Assembly: GCA_951406725.2 (NCBI GenBank)
Contig: OX597818.1
Location: 20,088,001-20,152,000, forward strand
Source: Octopus vulgaris
Lineage: Eukaryota
Direction: 5' to 3'
Length of the DNA: 64,000 bases
Shown here: positions 1 through 64,000 of the stretch, piece by piece
Position numbering within the stretch: position 1 is the stretch's first letter
Layout of the letters: every line of letters begins with the position of its first letter
The notes under the pieces: model-generated
Seen by the model: only the letters and a program-made list of their open reading frames with translations
Told to the model about the DNA's origin: nothing
The model's database searches: none
Position numbers and translations under genes: made by a program

Positions 1-90
1 CACTGGGGTCGATGTAATCGACTTAATCCGATTGTCTGTCCTTGTTTGTCCTCTCAGTGTTTAGCCCCTTGTGGGTAATAAAGAAATAGG
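1..90 (+). mobile_element. 3' end of SINE family A
   Basis: cactggggtcgatgtaatcgact matches the 3' part of family A copies elsewhere in the window (e.g. about 35610). Confidence 0.7.
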
Positions 91-834
91 AATTAGTGTA
101 CGATGAATATGGTAAACTGACAATATTACAGAAGATACTGTAAACATCATAACTATATAAAAGCTAAACATTTTATAAGTTTATTTAACATTACAGCATG
201 TAAATAAGAATTACTGTAGATTCTTAATTTGATTTAATTGTGGCAGAAAATAGATGAACTTGTCGAATGGGAGACAGGTACAGACGATAACTTAGTAGAG
301 TCTGAAGTAACTAAAAAGGGGTGAGTCACGAGCAGGTGTGTCATTGATATCACGCTGCATCAAAGTTGAGATCAAACTGGCTTGGAAAATGCGTCGAGTT
401 CCACTTGTTTACTGACTAATGCTACTTCCCGATAATAATGTTCTTTAAGGTTCTAAGATGTTGAGAAAATCGGATTGTTGTTTCTCCATCGAAATTGTGG
501 TGATGAAATTAATAAATCACGTTAAAATCACAGGAAGTTGTTGATGCCATCACCTAGAAATCTTAAGAATGCATTGTTAACAGTAAATTTAAATTGGAAT
601 AAATAAGATATGGTACATGTATTCATACGAATCTATGTTTTTGTCATTCATTTTGAATCCCCACAATTTCGCTTTTATTCATTCATTTCATGAACCCATG
701 TATCACATATTTGATGGGGAAACAGCACGATTTTCTTCTAAAATTCTACTATGTGGTCAATGTTCATAATTTCCTAATGAATTCTCTGTAAATTATAATT
801 TGAAAATGGCAGTATATATTTAAGTTATACCTAA

Positions 835-1945
835 TATACTTCAAAATTGTACAGAAGCTTTTTACCAAGCATTGACTAGAGTGGAAGTCTTCTGTACCTT
901 TTTTTGGAACTGCTAAATTGAATATTGCAGACTTGAGGCTTTAGTCTTTAATATTATTAGTAGTTTTGGGCCTTGTATGTTTACCTTAAGATTATCCTTT
1001 TATATCACTGTGGGGATTTCATTCCAATAGCTTCATTGGTATAATCCCTTGCAGGCTACACAAAACTTGATCCATTGGCTAGATTGTTGACCTAACTTGT
1101 GTAGCATGATCTCATTGCTGACATGCTGGTGACAACCTAATTGAGCAGGTGATTTGTCCTAAGTTAGTAGTGCTTTCACTTCATCAGCAAGAAGTTTGAG
1201 GGCAGCTTCCTGGTATTTATGTTCTGCAGAAATGAGATGCAGTTAAAATCAGTCAGTAAAGACATAGTAATGCACTAGGTGTTATTGCTTTATGTCTTTC
1301 AAAACTAACAGATGTGCTGACCTCTCAATCACTAAATTCAGATGGTGTAAACCTCTGTAGTCATGCAACACAATGTAGAGAAAAGTGCAGAAGCTGCATT
1401 CTTAAAAGCTTGGGTATTCTGGAGTAGTCTACTCCAATATAAGTCATATCCCCTTTATACACTTGGGAAATAAGGAGCATTTCACACTTTAAGTTATTTA
1501 GCCTCTTCTTGAATTATTCCATTTCCTTGGTTGGTGTGCTACATGTTTCACGATAAGTAATTTTATTACTCATTCCAAGTAGTTTCTAAATTACCATAAT
1601 CATCTGTAACTAGCTTTGAAATTCTTCAAGTCCATATTTGTAGCTAGCTTGGCAGCAGCACTTTCATTTTTTATTCAATTGTATTACAACTAGATCGTTG
1701 ATGGACAAAGTTTTGTATCTTTTGTAACTTTCATATGCTTCCTTGCACCAACAGATAATGATTTAGAATTTGCATCAACATCATATACAAAATAATACAG
1801 TAAATTTCTCCTTTGCTTTTCTCGTATCCGAAACTATTTGCATTTTTCAACATCATTTCTTCAAAAAGTGCTGCAAGTGAAGAACCAGCCTTTAACTTCC
1901 TTGTAAGCTTCAATTTCTTGTCCATAAATACAGTTATATATTCTT
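835..1945 (-). mobile_element. Fossil Tigger/pogo (Jerky/CENP-B-like) DDE_1 transposase
   Basis: Frameshifted minus-strand pieces: IVSDTRKAKEK, GARKHMK, NFKASYR*LW*FRN, SQVYKGD, VKALLT*DKSPA, PMDQ, TLVNAW. Confidence 0.8.
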
Positions 1946-3087
1946 TATATTATTACTGTCCCTTGAAGCTATGGTATAAAATATAAGGCTGAAAGAATCC
2001 TAAACTGAAATATCAATGAAAATTGTTGGAGAACATTAGTTGCATTGTGTTGCACATGATGTTATTTTTGTCAAAGTTTGCACTAGGCTACCATACTGAA
2101 ATTGGTGTACACATTACTGGAAAACATACAAACACTATGCTACTTCAACATAACTTAATCTTTGTTTGTGCCTTTGTATTGTTAGATTTGAAAATGAATT
2201 ATGGTCAGATCACATCATGATACTGTTAAGAATAGGATTATCATAAAGGAAACAAGTTTCAATAAATAAATTTTTAACGAACTTACACATACAACTTCTC
2301 ACAACAGAAATGTAGTTTTATAAGATGGGAGTCATCATCATTATCATCATTCAACATCCTCTTTTCATGCTGGCATGGATTGCACAGTTTGACAGTAGCT
2401 GGCCAGCTGAAGAGCTGCCCGAACTCCATGTCTGTTTTGGCATGATTTCTATAGCTGGATGCCCTTTCTAATGCGAACAACTTTACAGAATGTACTGGGT
2501 GCTTTTACACAGCACCTGCACAGGTGCTTTTATGTGGAACCAACACAGGTACTTTTTATGCGGCACCAGTACCTATGAGCCTGCAAGATTAGGATCACAC
2601 AGCTGAAGAGTAAATCTTGTATACGTAACAGGCTGGAAATAGAAAGCATCAGGAAGAGATGAATGAATTAAGAGTGTAAAATACTAGAAAGAAAGGGTAT
2701 ATTTCTTATGAAGGGTAAAAGCAACTAACAAGCAGATTGTTTATTGGTGAAATGTCTCTCTTCTTTATTTTTATCAGTCTCCGTTTTCTCAATATCTACC
2801 CTATACATATCATGATATAAACTAACTATGGATTTACAGGGGTATCGCAGAGCAGCTGCTGCAATTTTTCATAACAGAAAACTTAATGATTTGTGATTAT
2901 ATTATTTGTTCAGTAATCATCTAAGTTTGGAACATAGAAATCTGAAAACAATTTTATTAACAAAAAAAAAAAGTGTTGTGTGTTAGTCTGAAACTTTCTC
3001 CATTGTTTATCCCAAAGTTTCCTATATTTAAATGAATTACTGTGTGATGTTTAGCATTAATTCCCTGAGCTTTTAGCCTGGGCATGA

Positions 3088-3100
3088 CCATATATGTATG

Positions 3101-3131
<31 letters not shown>

Positions 3132-3315
3132 ATGTATATATGTGTGTGTGTATCTATATATATATATGTGTGTGTGTGTGTATATGTATATGTGTATGTA
3201 TACATGTGTGTATATGTATGTATATATATGTATGTGTGTGTGTATATATATATAATATATATATATATATGAGCAAAAATAGGTTGATGGTCACTGCATC
3301 CTTAAGGATTCGTGC

Positions 3316-3349
<34 letters not shown>

Positions 3350-3405
3350 GCAATAAGAAAATAGAGGGCATCAATAGATGGTTCATCAACTTTTAGACAT
3401 TACAT

Positions 3406-3437
<32 letters not shown>

Positions 3438-3768
3438 CATACATGCATATATATATACATACATGCATATATATATATATATATATATATTGCAAAAAGA
3501 AAATGGAAGGGATACAAAAATCACATACATCAGCCGGTAGACATTCTATTATGTCTATCTATTCCAAAACAAATAGGAGTATTGTAAGAACACATACTCA
3601 TGCAAAGACTGTGTGCTACACAAATATATACTAGTAATACATAAAAGATTAAAAGATCAGTTCCTTACGGCCATTTCTGCCAAGAGGCCACGATATCCTC
3701 TATGCTATGTAGGTCATTTTTGTATCCCTACCATTTTCTTCGACTTTTTTTTTTGTGAATTCTCCCTA

Positions 3769-3803
<35 letters not shown>

Positions 3804-3921
3804 TTGTTATTATATATATGTATATATAATGTTATTGTATATATGTATGTATATATATATGTATATGTGTATATATGTATGTATATATGTCCATTTGTGC
3901 GTGTGTATATATATGTATATT

Positions 3922-3953
<32 letters not shown>

Positions 3954-3990
3954 CGTGTGTGTGTGTGTGTGTGTGTGTGCATGTATATGT
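3088..3990. repeat. Compound (TA)n/(TG)n microsatellite tracts
   Basis: Seen directly; source of the YI/VC/HT-rich pseudo-ORFs. Confidence 0.95.
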
Positions 3991-4190
3991 TTGTGTGTCT
4001 GTTTGTCCCCCCAACATCGCTTGACAACCGATGCTGGTGTGTTTACGTCCCTGTAACTTAGTGGTTTGGCAAAAAGAGACCGATAGAATAAGTACTAGGC
4101 TTACAAAGAATAGGTCCTGGGGTCAATTTGCTCGACTAAAGGCGGTGCTTCAGCATGGCCACAATCAAATGACTGAAACAACTAAAAGAA
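3990..4190 (+). mobile_element. SINE family B, 3' half
   Basis: Same sequence as the full copy at 50410-50804 (cttgacaaccgatgctggtg...atgactgaaac). Confidence 0.85.
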
Positions 4191-4338
4191 TATATATATG
4201 TCCTTATATTTATATGCATCCATAATATATATGCACAAACTTGTGTACATATACACTCATCATCGATGTTTGCACTACTGTTACATTATAATGTACACTG
4301 TTACACAGATGTTTAATTCCTGTTATTGTTTGTTTCAG

Positions 4339-62595
<58,257 letters not shown>

Positions 62596-63491
62596 AGAAC
62601 AAAGAGAAAATATATTGAAAAATTTACCAAAAACTTTCTCTACAAATCACACAAATTTTATCCCACCTTGCACCTTTCCACCAAAAAAAAAAAAAGTTAA
62701 AAACCCTGCTTATTTTTGTTATGTTTTACTTGTCTTTATAATATTGTGGCTTTTTGGACCAAGTGTGAAAGAAAGAAATAATGAAAGTAAAAGAGAGAAA
62801 GAAAGAGATATAGATATGTAATACAGAAAAGTCCAGCCTGTATTGCCTGTGTTTAAATCGTTATGATGATTGTTTTCATTGCTGCTGTGAGAAGCCACAC
62901 ATATTATTTACCTGATAATTTAAGAATTTACTATTTGGATGACAGTTGGGGGTACTAGATTGGCAGAATTGGTTGCACATTGCACATAATACCTTACAAT
63001 ATTTCTTTGCAGTCTGAGTTCAAATCCTGCTGAGGTCAACTTTGCTTTTTCTGCTTCTTGGTTGAGGTATATCTATAAAATAAGCACTTGTTAATCCCTG
63101 GGCCTTAATATAATTGCCCTCGCCTTCCCCTGCCCCCATACACCTCTTACCTCATACCAAAATGTTTTACTTTGTGCTTCCTACGTTATATTTTCTTCAA
63201 ACCTCTATAAAAGATGTGTGGGGAGGGGAGTGGTTTGTGTGAGATGACATGGTTTCAATTCCCTGGGTGGTTTGACATAATTTCATTTTACTTATGCTGC
63301 TAATTTTATTTATTAGAACAACTGGTGGCTCATTTATGAAGAGCTTGTATTCATTTGTATATTCACATTGCTGGCAGTAGCTAAGTCAATTAATTAGTTA
63401 ATTCCATTCATTACCTTTATCTGTAGGAGGTTTTCTGTTAACTGCAGGTGTTTGATCCATATAGAGTACAAAGATCTAATGCTTGCAGTTT

Positions 63492-63522
<31 letters not shown>

Positions 63523-63619
63523 AGTTTTCATAATGAAAATTCTACAATAGATAGATGCTTACCAGCTTTACCTACCATATGTCTCTGATGATCTTGGGAA
63601 GGAAAACTATCTACACTAA

Positions 63620-63824
63620 CCAAACTTCTTTGTCAAATGTAATGCTTATTTACATTGTGTTTTGAATTAATAACACACTATTTTGTAGCTTCAATATTTC
63701 AAGGGCGTGTTTTTGTATGTTTTTAGAACGATATCATAGGGTAAGTGTGGGAGGTTGTATCTGGTCAAATTTAACATAAAGCAAGTAGACTAGGCTGGAT
63801 ATGGCTGGATTAAATTCTAAAGGG
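63620..63824 (-). mobile_element. TTAA-flanked piggyBac-type MITE, second copy
   Basis: Ends ...ATATGGCTGGATTAAATTCTAAAGGG|TTAA, the reverse complement of the start of the 6341 copy. Confidence 0.65.
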
Positions 63825-64000
63825 TTAAATAATCTTGTTTATAAATTTCTGACTAATAATTAACATCGCCCCTACCATTGTTACTAGATAATTCCCTTTA
63901 TTACTCATGCTTCATATTCTCTTGAGAAAGGCATGATTGTTACAGTCTTCTCCCACACACTAAATTTGAAATGTTATTATTTTGTTTGATGCATTCTTTG

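Noticed and set aside
2840-2981. Possible bridging exons (cag|gggtatcgc at 2840; 2914-2981)
   Set aside because: The first has no nearby donor; the second fits the phase but spans a poly-A run and shows no TBCD similarity.
2957-4061. Many overlapping ORFs rich in YI/VC/HT
   Set aside because: Translations of (TA)n/(TG)n microsatellites.
62853-62923. C/D-box snoRNA-like ATGATGA...CTGA with TTAAAT/ATTTAA stem
   Set aside because: Only 53 nt from box C to box D, in the probable 3' UTR, no recognisable guide; such motifs are common by chance here.

Overview
AT-rich eukaryotic genomic DNA, most likely from an octopus. That call rests on the SINE families, the (GAT)n-tailed RTE retroposons and the microsatellite density, and is an inference. 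One + strand gene fills almost the whole window: tubulin-specific chaperone D (TBCD). I reconstructed 36 coding exons by hand (4339-62595; 3374 nt, about 1123 codons plus TAA), with compatible phases at every junction. The first coding exon was not found. One intron is GC-AG. The introns are packed with transposon remains: Tigger/pogo and Tc1 fossils, a deleted piggyBac, TIR MITEs, three Helitron copies, a solo LTR, RTE/CR1/Penelope fragments, three SINE families and one older dispersed repeat. I see no convincing new protein-coding system. The most interesting signal is at the RNA level: four tight fold-back hairpins, a 61-nt exon in the loop of converging SINE arrays, and several codons where A-to-I editing would restore the vertebrate residue. 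Most ORF-track entries are microsatellite or repeat noise. Comparisons with human TBCD are from memory, not from an alignment run. Repeat boundaries are approximate unless termini are given.
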